The notes: generated from the sequence alone by a model not told the origin. A stretch of 64,000 bases of DNA from Octopus vulgaris (GCA_951406725.2 OX597816.1:83948001-84012000), one strand, 5' to 3'; counted from the first letter of the stretch, positions 27,366 through 43,354 are shown. Translations and numbers: made by a program.

Positions 27366-27681
27366 TATAACACACAGACACATGGGCATATATGTATACA
27401 TACATACATGTATATACATATACATATTTGCAAGAATGAGTAGGAATGACATTTTGAGGGGATAATTTGTATTTTACTCTTAATAATAATGTTTACAGTG
27501 ACCTACTTCAAAGTAGCCGCTTTCAAACTGAAAAATATGTTTTACTGGTTACTTATTTAGCGAAAGATTTCCTTATAAGTATACATACAAAAAAAATTAT
27601 CCCATGAAAAAGCCATCTTTACTCATTCTTACAAATATATATAATACTATACCAAGAACTTTCTCCTTTTTTAATGTATTA

Positions 27682-27712
<31 letters not shown>

Positions 27713-27739
27713 CTGTATGTATGTATGTATGTATGTATG

Positions 27740-27774
<35 letters not shown>

Positions 27775-27936
27775 TATACAAACGTTCGTATATACACGAG
27801 TGTGCATGCATCGAGTATACACACAAATATATATGCATAGTAACATATCTAATTTACATATATATTTTTTCACATACAATATGCTCATACATAGATTATA
27901 CACAGATATAAATGTATATTTACATATAATACCCCC

Positions 27937-27984
<48 letters not shown>

Positions 27985-28047
27985 GCACATGTATCCATGT
28001 CACCGTATATGTATATATAGAGATGCATATATGTATATAACTTATGC

Positions 28048-28097
<50 letters not shown>

Positions 28098-28615
28098 ACA
28101 TGCGTATATGAATACAAGGTTACATCTCTATACAAGTATACTGTACATACACACACATATATATATATATATATAGCTATATGTATGTATATGTATATAT
28201 ACAAGCACAATAATGTACATACACACAGACACACACACAATTCATATACGTTCTGTTTCTGTGCAGATTGAATACAGAGTCGAGCAATCATTCATACCCT
28301 TTTGTCCTACAGTACGTGTAAGTGTGTGTGTGTGTGTGCGCGCGCGTATTTGTGTGTGTGTTCTTAGAGTTATATGTAAAGAAACTCAACATCCACTTGT
28401 TAATTAAAACTTAACACAATGCTATGCTGGGGGAAGATCAGTTTTACTATGACTTCATATTCTGTGAGAAAAAGTTGGCAGTACCTTCTAGCTTTTGGCT
28501 TATTGAATATATCAAAGTTTCTAATGAGGGCAATTGAGCACAATCTCCGAACAGACTAAAACGTATGCGTGTTGTGTATGGGTGTGTATATGCAAATACA
28601 TATACATAAACATAT

Positions 28616-29025
28616 AGGCGCAGGAGTGGCTGTGTGGTAAGTAGCTTGCTTACCAACCACATGGTTCCGGGTTCAGTCCCAGTGCGTGGCACCTTGGGCA
28701 AGTGTCTTCTACTATAGCCTCGGGCCGACCAAAGCCTTGATAGTGGATTTGGTAGACGGAAACTGAAAGAAGCCCGTCGTATATATGTATATATATATAT
28801 ATATATGTGTGTGTGTATGTATGTTTGTGTGTCTGTGTTTGTCTCCTTAGCATTGCTTGACAACCGATGCTGGTGTGTTAACGTCCCCGTTACTTAGCGG
28901 TTCGGCAGAGAGACCGATAGAATAAGTACTGGGCTTACAAAGAATAAATCCCGGGGTCGATTTGCTCAATTAAAGGCGGTGCTCCAGCATGGCCGCAGTC
29001 AAATGACTGAAACAAGTAAAAGAGT
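28616..29025 (+). mobile_element. SINE family A, full length
   Basis: Complete consensus-like copy. Confidence 0.95.
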
Positions 29026-29124
29026 ATATATATAAATATACATATACAAAGATATATATATATATTCATACATAAATGCACATATATGTGTGAGTGCGCG
29101 TGCGTGTAAACATATTTTTTTATT

Positions 29125-29285
29125 TTTTACTTGTTTCAGTCATTTGACTGCGGCCATGCATGCTGGAGCACCGCCTTTAGTCGAGCAAATCGACCCCAGA
29201 GCTTATTCTTTGTAAGCCTAGTACTCATTCTATCGGGGTCTTTTGCCGAACCGCTAAGTTACGGGGAAGTAAACACAGGCACACA
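29125..29285 (-). mobile_element. SINE family A 3' half, tail-to-tail with the previous copy
   Basis: TTACTTGTTTCAGTCATTTGACTGCGGCCATG...GCCGAACCGCTAAGTTACGGGGA on the plus strand. Confidence 0.88.
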
Positions 29286-29313
29286 AATATATGTACATAC
29301 ATACATACATATA

Positions 29314-29361
<48 letters not shown>

Positions 29362-29954
29362 CATACATACATGTATATAGAGAGTGACAGAGAGAAAGAG
29401 AGAGAGAGAGGTGGGGAATGATAAATAGATAGATAGGTAAACAGACAGATATGTTTACGGTTATGTTGGCTGCCGCAATAAATATATTCCTATTGAATAC
29501 GGATGCACATTTTGTACGTGTTGCACATCCGCACTGATATTAACATGCATACATGCATACGTTTATGCACATACAGTTGCACAATTTGGCATCTATATAT
29601 ATATATATAAACAATCATAATATGACGTCACAAACATGTATGGATATAGAAAGATAGATATACATATGAAGTAAAGCCGTGAGGCTTAACCGCACAATAG
29701 AATTAACCACACAATAGGTATTGCCCCAGCGTAGTCTTAACCGCTTGCTGAACCCATATAAGAGTGTATATTTAAATGCATTCATTTATATACACATATT
29801 ACTTATAAATATATACGTATATATGCAAATATTTTTATACATGCATATATGTGTGTATGTATATATATATATATAAATATATATATATACATACATATAT
29901 ATATATATATATATATGTATGTATATATATATATATATACATATTTATACATAT

Positions 29955-29991
<37 letters not shown>

Positions 29992-30358
29992 TGCACTTAT
30001 ATATATACATATATGCACTTCATATACATCCATGACTACTTACATATACGCACACGAATACATATATACGGCAGTATGTGTATATGTATATCCATAACTA
30101 TAAACACATAATATATATACACACTGTGTTACGTTTAATACATTATTATGTTATTATGTAAATTATACATTGGAGAATTATATGGAATATACATTAGCGG
30201 GATAAATATTCATGTATTTCTCAATGAAGTATCAGTCTGCCTACTAGTATCACAGAAACACTCAAGCACACAACACTCCCTCACACACACACATAATATA
30301 TATATATATATATATATATTATGTACTCTGTCTGTCTGTCTGTGTCTCTCTGTGTCCC

Positions 30359-30395
<37 letters not shown>

Positions 30396-30485
30396 AATTA
30401 TATATATATATATTATAATATTTATATATATACATATTATATATATATATATTTTAATATTTATATATATACATATTATAATATT

Positions 30486-30516
<31 letters not shown>

Positions 30517-30604
30517 AATTATATATATATATATGTATATATATATTATAATAATATATATATATATATATATTATTATAATTATATATATATATATATA
30601 TATA

Positions 30605-30737
<133 letters not shown>

Positions 30738-30784
30738 ATGTATGTGTGTGTATGTGTGTGTGTATATGTATATATGTATGTATG

Positions 30785-30839
<55 letters not shown>

Positions 30840-30965
30840 ATCTTTACATGTATGTGATGTATATATGTGAGTGTTAGGATATGAGAAGGTAAATATTTGC
30901 AAAATTCTTAGTATATTATGTACTCTGTCTGTCTGTCTGTGTCTCTCTGTGTCCCATTTTTATTT

Positions 30966-31013
<48 letters not shown>

Positions 31014-31360
31014 CATACTTTCATTTACGAGGCGCGCGCGCACGCAGACACACACAAACACATATGTGTAAAGGAAAGTGTCGAAATTGAGATGGTATTT
31101 AGTCGATAAGTGATGAAGGATGACCACGTTCGAATCTGTTCTGTGTGTTTTTTTCTCTATGTACCTTTGTCGTTCATGTTCTTCGTTGAAACATACATCC
31201 CCACGTATCCGCAATTACAAACCCTCACCACATGCAAGCACAAATATGTCTTACGTATATGCAAGTTACGAACATTCAAAAATATATGTATATTCAAAAA
31301 TGTTGAATATTCAAAAATATATGTATATTATATATATATACTAATATATGCAATTACAGG

Positions 31361-31463
<103 letters not shown>

Positions 31464-31596
31464 TGGAAGGTTTGGAGATGATGTACAGGTATTATATATT
31501 AGAAGAAATGAGGTGCTCAGAAGATCGGATGGTTTATATTTACAGATGTTTATTTGTATATTACATTTTATATATATATATATATATATCATATCA

Positions 31597-31644
<48 letters not shown>

Positions 31645-31645
<1 letters not shown>

Positions 31646-31932
31646 CGTGATCAAGTGACTGACCAGACCATCAGATGTTGATACACATCGCTGGTCACAA
31701 CGCGTTCGAATGACGCCACCCCGCTGGATAAGCGAGCAGGCCAACAGAAGAAAGAATGAGAGAAAGAGTGGTGAAAGAGTACAGCAGGGATCACCTGCCC
31801 CCTGCCGAAGCGTCGTGGAGCTTTTAGGTGTTTTCGCCCAATAAACACTCACAACGCCCGGTCTGGGAATCGAAGCCGCGATTCTACGACCGCGAGTCCG
31901 CTGCCCTAACCACTGGGCCATTGCGCCTCCAC
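31645..31932 (-). mobile_element. tRNA-derived SINE family C, full length
   Basis: Minus-strand head GGAGGCGCAATGGCCCAGTGGTTAGGGCAGCGGACTCGCGGTCG...TTCGATTCCC. Homologous to 11413-11706. Confidence 0.9.
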
Positions 31933-31959
31933 ATAATATATATACATACATACATACAG

Positions 31960-32040
<81 letters not shown>

Positions 32041-32066
32041 TATACATAATAATAATATATATATAT

Positions 32067-32149
<83 letters not shown>

Positions 32150-33095
32150 ACGTTTATATAAGATACAAAAATATTTGAAAGTATTCATGATAAGATTATA
32201 AGAATTCGTGTATATTACATTACCTATTGTATAATTCTGATTTACCATCTAATGTAGTAATGGTCATAAATACATACTTACAAATAATTTTATTCGAATG
32301 AAAAAGTGGTTCAATTTGATAAGCGCTATGCAGGAATTGTAATTATTAATAATTACTTGTGTCACCTTCTCTCAAGTTGTTACAGACCAACCAGAGCCAA
32401 CCAGCCAGTCAAACTACAACGCAGGTATGCGCTTATGTGTGTACGTGTGTGTGTGTGTGTGTGTGTATGGCATGTATGTATGTGTGTCTGTATGTGTGTG
32501 TGTGTGTGGTGTGTTATATACATATGCACATAACTGTATATATGTTATACACACACATATATACACATGTACATGTATGATTAAATATATGCATATATAT
32601 TGTATAAAATACATATATACATGTATGTATTTTAAATATATATAAATATATATAAATACATATATATATAAATATATATATATATTTATATTTATTCACA
32701 CACACGCACAACATATACATACTATAAAAATAACAGTTAAACACATTTCTACTGACCATTCCCCTACGCACAGCCACTCCTACCAAAATTCTTACGACAT
32801 TAAGCGTCACAAAGTCCAATCACACACACATACATACACAGCCACAACCACACACGCACATACACACATACGCACATACACGTGCCATTATTACACACAC
32901 ACACACACACACAGACCTGCGCGCACGCACGCACATATCCACACATACATACACATACTTCGTTCTCTTGCACTCCCCTGTCTTAGAAAGGACTTTTTTT
33001 CCACCCATTCCCTTCCGGTCATTTCAATATGTGACCGCGTGTGTATCGTTGGAAATTTTCTATCTCCGTCTTCCCTTCTTTGGACATTTTTCTAC

Positions 33096-33130
33096 ATTTC
33101 TGATGAAGCGCTCCGCTCGAAACGTGAAAT
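33096..33130 (+). ncRNA. minimal type I hammerhead-ribozyme motif in a Penelope-type terminal repeat (element about 33000-33230)
   Basis: ATTT-CTGATGA-AGCG ctc CGCT-C-GAAAC-GTG-AAAT. Stem I is ATTT/AAAT and stem III is reduced to the palindrome ACGT. The cleavage triplet reads GUG, probably an inactivating change. AATAAA lies downstream. Confidence 0.7.
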
Positions 33131-33225
33131 CCTCTTTCTTTTTTTTTCCTTTCCTGATCGTCAAATAAAACTGTACTTGTACCACGTCCTCGCGTTGTTG
33201 TGTTTTCTTGCTTGTTCTTGTTTGG

Positions 33226-33273
<48 letters not shown>

Positions 33274-33594
33274 AACAAAAGACCTACTAATAGTTGCTCT
33301 TATGGCACTTGAACATTGAACAGGCATATTTATGAAATACGCCGTGTAATTTCATGCAATCTTTCGAACTCTGTTAATGCGTTTTATATATACTTTTAAA
33401 GAAAACAAGGACGCTGTAAAAAGATAAGAGAGAAAGTGAACCCCCCCCCCCCAAAAAAAAAAAAACATGAATAAGTTTGATACAAGAAAGTCTCGGACCG
33501 TGAGTCACTCTGTTAATTCTCCTGAATATTAATAAAAATATACATATACTCAGATTTTCAGTTCAAGATTTCCTGTTTGCATCAGCATACCTGT

Positions 33595-33642
<48 letters not shown>

Positions 33643-33649
33643 CTATCTA

Positions 33650-33684
<35 letters not shown>

Positions 33685-33701
33685 ATATTTTATATATAAT
33701 A

Positions 33702-33788
<87 letters not shown>

Positions 33789-33839
33789 ATATATATATAT
33801 GTATATATATGTATGTATATATATATATATATATATATT

Positions 33840-33916
33840 CACCAGGTGGTGCTATTAAGTCAGACATGGCCTGGGCCAATAATGGCCGAAACCTATCAAA
33901 GTATCAAAGTATCAAA

Positions 33917-33918
<2 letters not shown>
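33840..33918 (+). mobile_element. extreme 3' end of a CR1-group LINE with ATCAAAGT repeated tail, inserted in (TA)n
   Basis: CCAGGTGGTGCTATTAAGTCAGACATGGCCTGGGCCAATAATGGCCGAAACC is homologous to the ends of the 7.4k, 26.4k and 37.8k copies. Confidence 0.7.
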
Positions 33919-33957
<39 letters not shown>

Positions 33958-34189
33958 ATGTATATATATATATGTATATATGTATATATATATATATGTA
34001 TGTATATATGTATGTATGTATGTATATATATATATATGTATATATATATATACATATATATATATACATATATATGTATATATACATATATATGTATATA
34101 TATATGTATATATAATGTATATATATATGTATGTATATATATATATATGTATGTATATATATATGTATGTATATATATATGTGTGTATA

Positions 34190-34236
<47 letters not shown>

Positions 34237-34456
34237 GTATATATATGTATATATATATGTATATATACATATATATATATATGTATATATATGTATATAT
34301 ATATACATATATATATACATATATATATATACATATACATATATATATACATATATATATATTACATATATTTATAAATATATACACATATATTTATACA
34401 TATATATACATATATATAATGTCTTGCTTGATCATACCTCCATATCGACACCTACA

Positions 34457-34502
<46 letters not shown>

Positions 34503-34864
34503 TTCCGAGTACATCTTCCGTAAAGTGCAAGAAGTTAAAAACCCTAACCTCAAACATACTGTGCGTGAAACCAAAGAACTGTTAACGACCTCACATTATA
34601 TTCCCCGCGTAGAATGAAGTGAAACTTTATACAATAAAGTTGATTCTTGAAATTACATGTAAACTCCAACCCACAATTGTCCATGATTTCTCCCTTGACC
34701 ATGTTACTCACCTGAAAGATTGTGATTACAAGAAAGTCATTTAGCGGTGTCAGAGCAGCAGCTCATGAATATGGAAAATCGGAGTACCGGTTTCTGTACT
34801 CTCTTCTTGTCGTAACATTATTCTGCCTTTATTTTGCAGGTACCTCCACACTATCTCTCATTTA

Positions 34865-34909
<45 letters not shown>

Positions 34910-35139
34910 GATAAATATTACATATATACACTTATATACATACACAAACACATACACACACACACACATAATAGATGCATAAACACATGGACACCCAAAC
35001 AAGTACATACGTACACATTCATGTGTGTGAGTATTTATATATTTATGTGTGTATATATATATACATATATATATACTTATATATATATACATATATACAT
35101 ATATATATACATATATACATATATACATATATACATTCA

Positions 35140-35176
<37 letters not shown>

Positions 35177-35325
35177 GTATATATATAATCTTGACTGAAG
35201 ATTGAAGGCTTCGAATGTCCCGTCCGTGTTTTTTGTATCGTCTTCTAAATGTTTTACGTTCTTGTCCCAGTTTGTATTTTTCTACATATTTATATATATA
35301 TACATATATATATATATTAACATAT

Positions 35326-35359
<34 letters not shown>

Positions 35360-35383
35360 CATATATATGTTACATATATATAT

Positions 35384-35466
<83 letters not shown>

Positions 35467-35515
35467 TATGCATGTGTGTCTGCGTATGTTTTTAGATAAA
35501 CACACACACACACAA

Positions 35516-35567
<52 letters not shown>

Positions 35568-35594
35568 ACATGTATTTCTCTCTCTGTGTATATA

Positions 35595-35630
<36 letters not shown>

Positions 35631-36200
35631 CATATGAAAAATTATGCATTTGTACATTTATGAATATATATATTTACCCGTGCGCACGCACACACACACA
35701 CACAATATCTTTACACGCAGTAGATCAACTAAGATACGCGGGTACCACCCTCATATTTTTCATACAAGTTGAAGGAAACCAAACACGTCCCGTTAATGCA
35801 CCTCTCGTGTATATGGAAGTATAAATATTTCAGTAGATTTGTATGTGTTTGTGGGTATGTGTGTCTATGTCGCAATCCAATGGCTGTTAACGATTTGTAA
35901 GTTAGCATAAAGGCAGTGTCTGGTGTTACATCGATATATTTAGGAAAAAATCAATCCGATTGTTTATAGCTCTAAATCCGTATATATTTATTGTGGAGTG
36001 GGGTCCTGCTTGTTGATTTGCATTTCCAAGATTATTTCTTAATTTTTAATTTTACATACCAGTTATTAGTTCCATCCAATCCAATTGTCGGAGTATAATT
36101 TCTTGTCTTTCATTCAGATGTGCTCTCATTATATTCAGTTTATCGGAGAAGTATATAGAACGGGGGACATATATGTATGTATATGTGTGTGTATGTATGT

Positions 36201-36243
<43 letters not shown>

Positions 36244-36252
36244 CATACACAA

Positions 36253-36317
36253 ATATAAGAGGAATGACCACTAAGTGGAAATCCAATTTGTCCACTTAGT
36301 GGTCATCCCTCTTATAT
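36253..36317. repeat. short fold-back with arms of about 26 bp
   Basis: ATATAAGAGGAATGACCACTAAGTGGA / TCCACTTAGTGGTCATCCCTCTTATAT. Confidence 0.85.
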
Positions 36318-36453
36318 GTATGTAATATAATTTTTCTAAATCTTCAGATCTTTTCAATATGTTAGGTCACTGGTTTAAATTGATATTAATGAAATTAATA
36401 TTCAAATTTTTACAGTTATTATTTAAATTTACATATATATTTAAATTTCATAT

Positions 36454-36492
<39 letters not shown>

Positions 36493-36677
36493 TATTTAGT
36501 GTGGTGTATGTTTTCCAGGTGCAGTTGGCACAAGGTAACCGTTATCCGATTTAGTGCAGCTTGAAAACATTCAAGAAATAATCATGTAGACTTCTTGATG
36601 TTGTCAGGCGGATATTCAGGTACGTTAACACAGTTATCATAATAAGCACCTTCCAGACTTCCTCTTTCACTGTTTTA

Positions 36678-36740
<63 letters not shown>

Positions 36741-37546
36741 GTATATATACATATATATATATTTATGTATATATACATATATGTATGTATGTATGTATGT
36801 ATATGTGCATATATATATATATATTATATATATAGATGTGCGTGTATATGTATATGTGTGTGTGTGTGTGCGTATGTATGTATATATAGATATATTGTAA
36901 ACACATTATATATATTTATAGATTTGTATATATGAATGTGTGTGTATTATATAAACACAGTCACACACACACATACACACACACTTATGTGTATACGTAT
37001 TGAGTCTCTACCCGTAATGAATTGTCATGAAATATGGACACATATCTCATATAAGACTACGTTTCTGTAATGTCATATTATTACTTGTGTGTGTGTCTGT
37101 GTGAGCATGTGTGTATATAAGTGTGTGTGTATGTGTGCATGTGTGTTTGTGTGTTTGTTTGTTTTAAACAATATTGAAAAATGTACGTTCGATGTACGAA
37201 CACTTAAACACACATATGCACACCTGACACACATGCATATATAGATAGATACGCCTATATAAATATACAAACGGGATAGTTTTACATATGTATTTACCGT
37301 TAAGTTTCTTATGTGTGTGCCGGCAACTGGGTTATATGTCTGTAAGTACATACATATGTGTGCATATATAATCTATATATTTAACAGGAACATATACGTA
37401 TGTATGCACATAAGCATATTGATGATGTATGTACGTATACAAATACACATACACACACTGTGCTTGCAAAGACTGGTAAATATATATTTATATATACATA
37501 CGCATGTTTGTATGTGTCATTGTATGGATATAAATATATATATATG

Positions 37547-37637
<91 letters not shown>

Positions 37638-37715
37638 ATGTATATATATATACATATATACACACACACATATATATATATATACATATATATATACACA
37701 CACACACATATACAT

Positions 37716-37748
<33 letters not shown>

Positions 37749-37754
37749 CACATG

Positions 37755-38152
37755 TAAAACTTAGATAAAACTTAGATATGTTTCGACCAAAGATTGGTCC
37801 AGGTCATATCTAACTTAATAGCACAACCTGATAGGATTATCTAAGTCTTTTTTAAGTCAAATTTTGTTTATGGCCCATTCAAGTAGTCTTGAATGGCGAG
37901 TCTGGCATTCCTTGACGTAATCTGTCCAGAATCGACTTAAAGGTGATGGAATCCTTTTCCTCTTTGATCAATTTTGGGATTATGTTAAACAGGGCATGGC
38001 CTGTTGAGGAAAAGAAACTGTGTCGCTGTGTACCTATATGTTGTGATCCTGAATTGGGCAGGGAACATATGGCCCGTAATCCCAGCCTTCGATCAACCTT
38101 GAAACTAATGTTCAGGTCGTTTAGGCAATGCTGGCGGTATTTTCTCCACATC
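37755..38152 (-). mobile_element. CR1-group LINE, ORF2 C-terminus plus 3' UTR and tandem tail
   Basis: ORF 37879..38151 reads [12 protein letters not shown]...[43 protein letters not shown]. The tail is (TAAAACTTAGA)2 on the plus strand. Confidence 0.8.
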
Positions 38153-38189
<37 letters not shown>

Positions 38190-38263
38190 TGTATTCATAT
38201 ATTCATTTGTATATGTATATATATATATATATATATATACATATATGTATTCATATATTCATT

Positions 38264-38317
<54 letters not shown>

Positions 38318-38337
38318 TGTATTCATATATTCATTTG

Positions 38338-38369
<32 letters not shown>

Positions 38370-38387
38370 TGTATTCATATATTCATT

Positions 38388-38455
<68 letters not shown>
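38153..38455. repeat. composite minisatellite: 4 copies of CATATATGTATTCATATATTCATTTGT separated by variable (TA)n
   Basis: Direct inspection. Confidence 0.88.
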
Positions 38456-38458
<3 letters not shown>

Positions 38459-39644
38459 CATATATATATAAATACACACACACATAGTAGGTTAACCGTG
38501 CCGTCAGAAATAAAGAGTGTTTCACTAAATTTTGGGACAAGTACAATGTTTTATTTCGTATACATTAATTTTTCCACTAGGCATAATTTTTGTAAAATGG
38601 ACATGTTGGACGTTTTCATTGAAATTAAGATCATGTAAATGAAAACAAAAATAAAAGTAAATAATATTTATCACAGTTACTTTTGATTATTTTTAATATG
38701 GAAAAAACATGAAGTCAATGAGATTTCATATATACATATATTTGCATACATACACATATATACATACACATGTATATAGGTATGTATATATAGATATATG
38801 TATTTATATATATATCTATATCTATATCTATTTATATATACATGTATTTATGCATAATAATTATATATATATATGTGTTTGTATATGTATTTATATATAT
38901 ATATATATATGTATGTATATACATAAATACAACGCACATAATTATATAGTATATACTGACACACACACACACACCACACACACATATACACACATTTAAG
39001 GTACAGTCTCTACCTTAAATTTCTCCTATAAATAAGTTCTATTGTTCTGTTGATATATCTTGTCAGGAACGGTTTGTTTGTTCCAGTATTTAGCTCTGTA
39101 TTCCCACACCCTGACTTCATATGTCTGTTAGTTTTTATTCTTGATATGCTGTCTCCAGATATTATCAGATTTGTATAAGTAGTATCGCTCTTATTCAAAT
39201 TACATATCTACGTATATTTTTTCCGTATATTTCGTAAATTTTGCGTTTGTAATCATTAACGTTATATCATTGATTTGTTGTTTCAGTAATAACTGACATA
39301 GATTTTTATTGTATATTATTCGAGTAAGTAAACTGACTAACGTTTTGTACATTCGAGCCTTCCTTTGCATAAATTATCCCAAAGTCAATAAGTTATTATT
39401 TTAAATAGATGAAAACATAATAGAATAAAAACGTATATTTTTGTAATCATTATGTATTATGCAGCCCGAATCGATACAACTGCTTTTTTCTGCTTGAAAT
39501 AATCTAGCTTCTAATTATATTTTACCTGGCATAATTTAATATTGGGTAGCTGTTTATTTCATGTTATAACCATTGATGTTAGCAGTTTATAAATCATGAA
39601 AACTCCAAGTAAAGCCCAACGACAATAAATAACCCGCATTTATT

Positions 39645-39872
39645 GCACAATTTGGCACTCCGTCGGTTATTACGACGAGGTTTCCTTCCAGTTGATCCGG
39701 TCAACAGAATAGCCTGCTTGTGAAATTAACGTGCATGTGGCTGAGAACTCTACAGACAAGTGTACCCTTAACGCTGTTCTCAAGGAGCTTCAGCGTGACA
39801 CAGAATGTGAGAAAGCTGGCCTTTGAAATACGGGTACTATTCATTTTGCCAGCTGAGTGGACTGAATCTAAT
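39645..39872 (-). mobile_element. SINE family E (3' two-thirds)
   Basis: Minus-strand CAGTCCACTCAGCTGGCAAAATG core is shared with family D. It is followed by a different 3' region ending ACCGACGGAGTGCCAAA. Confidence 0.65.
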
Positions 39873-39957
39873 GTGCAGCCGACCCACGAACAAACAATAT
39901 ACAAAACTAGTGTACGTACGGTCGGTTTTGCATACATATATATATATATATATATAT

Positions 39958-40351
<394 letters not shown>

Positions 40352-40536
40352 TATAAATATGTATGTTTATATATATATATATATGTGTGTGTGTGTATTG
40401 AAGTTTGAAGTCATAAAAATAATAATTTTATATTAAACTAAAGAATCGCACAATACATTTTTTGAGTACAAAATTAATATTCTTTAACAAAAATTCTATT
40501 GACAGTGACAACGAAATTTCAGAATTCGAAGTCACT

Positions 40537-40631
<95 letters not shown>

Positions 40632-40670
40632 TATATATACATATATATATATATATACACATATATATAC

Positions 40671-40704
<34 letters not shown>

Positions 40705-40822
40705 ACACATATATATACATATATATATATATATACATATATATACATATATATATGTATATACATGTATATACATGTCTCTCTCTATATATATATGCAT
40801 ATATATATATATATATGTCTAA

Positions 40823-40867
<45 letters not shown>

Positions 40868-40868
40868 C

Positions 40869-40982
40869 ACCTGGTCAGGAAGATCACTCAACTTGTCTCA
40901 CATAAAGCAAAATGTTTATATTATATAAATATAAGTAAGTTGAGTGATCTTCCTGGGACTTCGTTTCTTCCTGACCAGGTAT
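40869..40982. repeat. nested inverted repeat (fold-back)
   Basis: ACCTGGTCAGGAAG / CTTCCTGACCAGGT and CAGGAAGATCACTCAACTT / AAGTTGAGTGATCTTCCTG. Confidence 0.8.
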
Positions 40983-41784
40983 AAGAGAATGACTTACGTT
41001 GCAGTGGGGGAGAGGAAAGAGGGCCTCTCACGACAAGGGCAAGGGCGATTAAGAATAGATTAAATAGAACTATCAAAAAAAGGAAGACGGGAAAGAAAAA
41101 ACAATTCTGGATGTTGCATACTACAATATTCTTGGTGCGCGTGTGTGTATAAATTGTGTGTATAAATGTCTAGGTATGCATTTGTCAACAACAAAGTAAA
41201 GAAACAAATCCCTTCATACATACACACACACATGATATATATGTAATTATATATTCGTGTACAAATAATAAATATATATGCATGAATATACATATATGCA
41301 TATAGATACATGCGTAAACAACTACACACAACACATACTGATACATATACACACACAACCCCACACAATCACATATGTGCACGCACGCACACACGATCAA
41401 ATATAGAACTCAATAGTTTAGACAGGATTGCAAGGTTGAGTATACTGTTATAATTTGATACGATAAATATTGCATAGACATATATTGCATATACGAGTGT
41501 GTGTGTGCAAATATATGTATATACAAATATGTATGTATATATATGTGTGTGTGTGTGTGTGTTTGTGGATCTATATAGATAGGCATGTACATATATTAAA
41601 CATATATACATAAATGCACGTATATACATATAGATTTTTAAATATATGTATATGTATGCATACATATAAAAATATATCTGAATATATGCTTGTTTATATG
41701 TATGCAAACGTGTATATACACATACACACTAATGGTTATAATTATATACATTATACTAGTAAGTGTATATGCGTATGTGCATAC

Positions 41785-41838
<54 letters not shown>

Positions 41839-42035
41839 TGATAAAAATGGTAAGACAACAAAAGAATGAAAGATACCTCGATATAATTTAAATAGAGGAA
41901 TTTAACTGTAAAAGTAATATGTGACAAATATTCGGTAGCCATGATAAAAACACCTTGGCATCCGAAGCTCGGAGTTTTATCATGGCTACCGAATAAATGT
42001 CACATATTACATTTACAGATATATGTGTATATGTC

Positions 42036-42072
<37 letters not shown>

Positions 42073-42219
42073 ACAGATGTACACGAGCGCGCTTGCACAC
42101 ATACCTGTATAATATTATTGTCAATGAGTTAGAAGTTTCACCCTGTATATATATATATACTATATATATATATATATGCGTGTAAATGTAAAAAAATACG
42201 AACTGGGACAAGAACGTGA

Positions 42220-42253
<34 letters not shown>

Positions 42254-42486
42254 TACACATATCATGAAGCAAAAAGTGGAAAATTTGTTAATTCCACATC
42301 ACATGTGTTATAAATACGCATATCATCAACTATAATAATTTTTGTAAATATAAATTCATAATAGGCAAATTCATGCAGATAATATTTAGAGGTCATAATC
42401 CTAACAATTTGTAATATAATCAACTCTATGCTTTACATGTATGCGTGTGTGTTTGTATATATATATATATATATATATATACATAC

Positions 42487-42543
<57 letters not shown>

Positions 42544-42574
42544 CATATATATATATGTATGTATGTATATATAT

Positions 42575-42614
42575 ATCGTATAATATATACATAGAGTGAG
42601 ATAGATAGATAGAT

Positions 42615-42663
<49 letters not shown>

Positions 42664-42710
42664 CACATCGTATAATATACATATAGAGTGAGATAGATAG
42701 ATAGATATAC

Positions 42711-42742
<32 letters not shown>

Positions 42743-42822
42743 CGTATAATATACATATAGAGTGAGATATATATATATATATATATATCGTATAATATAT
42801 ATAGAGTGAGATAAATATATAG

Positions 42823-42830
<8 letters not shown>
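42575..42830. repeat. composite minisatellite: 4 copies of ATCGTATAATATACATATAGAGTGAGATA with variable microsatellite spacers
   Basis: Direct inspection. Confidence 0.85.
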
Positions 42831-42889
<59 letters not shown>

Positions 42890-43354
42890 CTCGGTAAAGT
42901 AAACTTACAGTATTTGATTAGATATTAAACCTAGTTCAAGTATCACAGTATTAGACCCAACACAAGTTCACTTGAATTCACAACTTGCACCGTTAAGACT
43001 GTCATAATAGCAATAAAAAAAAATTATTTTATTTGACACCGACTCTACTGATTTTGACAGTCGATAACGCGCAGGATTTCTATAGGTGGCTAACCCTCTT
43101 TTTCATTACCCTGGACTCTTACTTTACGTTTTCTATTTCGAAAGCATGTATGTTATAGTAAGCCTGGACAGGATATGATCATAGGATTTAAAGGTTGGCC
43201 ATAAGCAAGCTCAACACAGGATTATAATCGATGTTCTACCGATTTTGCCCTCCACCATTTACCATGAAAATACAGTTTCTCTTAAGGGGTATCGAAGTAC
43301 GCATCCTTTGCCGGGGTATAAGTTACCTATATACTTCTGTGAACTATATAATAA

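Noticed and set aside
38153-38455. CRISPR-like repeat-spacer appearance (also 42575-42830)
   Set aside because: The spacers are microsatellites and not unique sequences, the context is eukaryotic, and there are no cas genes.
39010-39198. 62-codon minus-strand ORF ending near a possible donor
   Set aside because: There is no acceptor or recognisable homology, and the length is within chance expectation.
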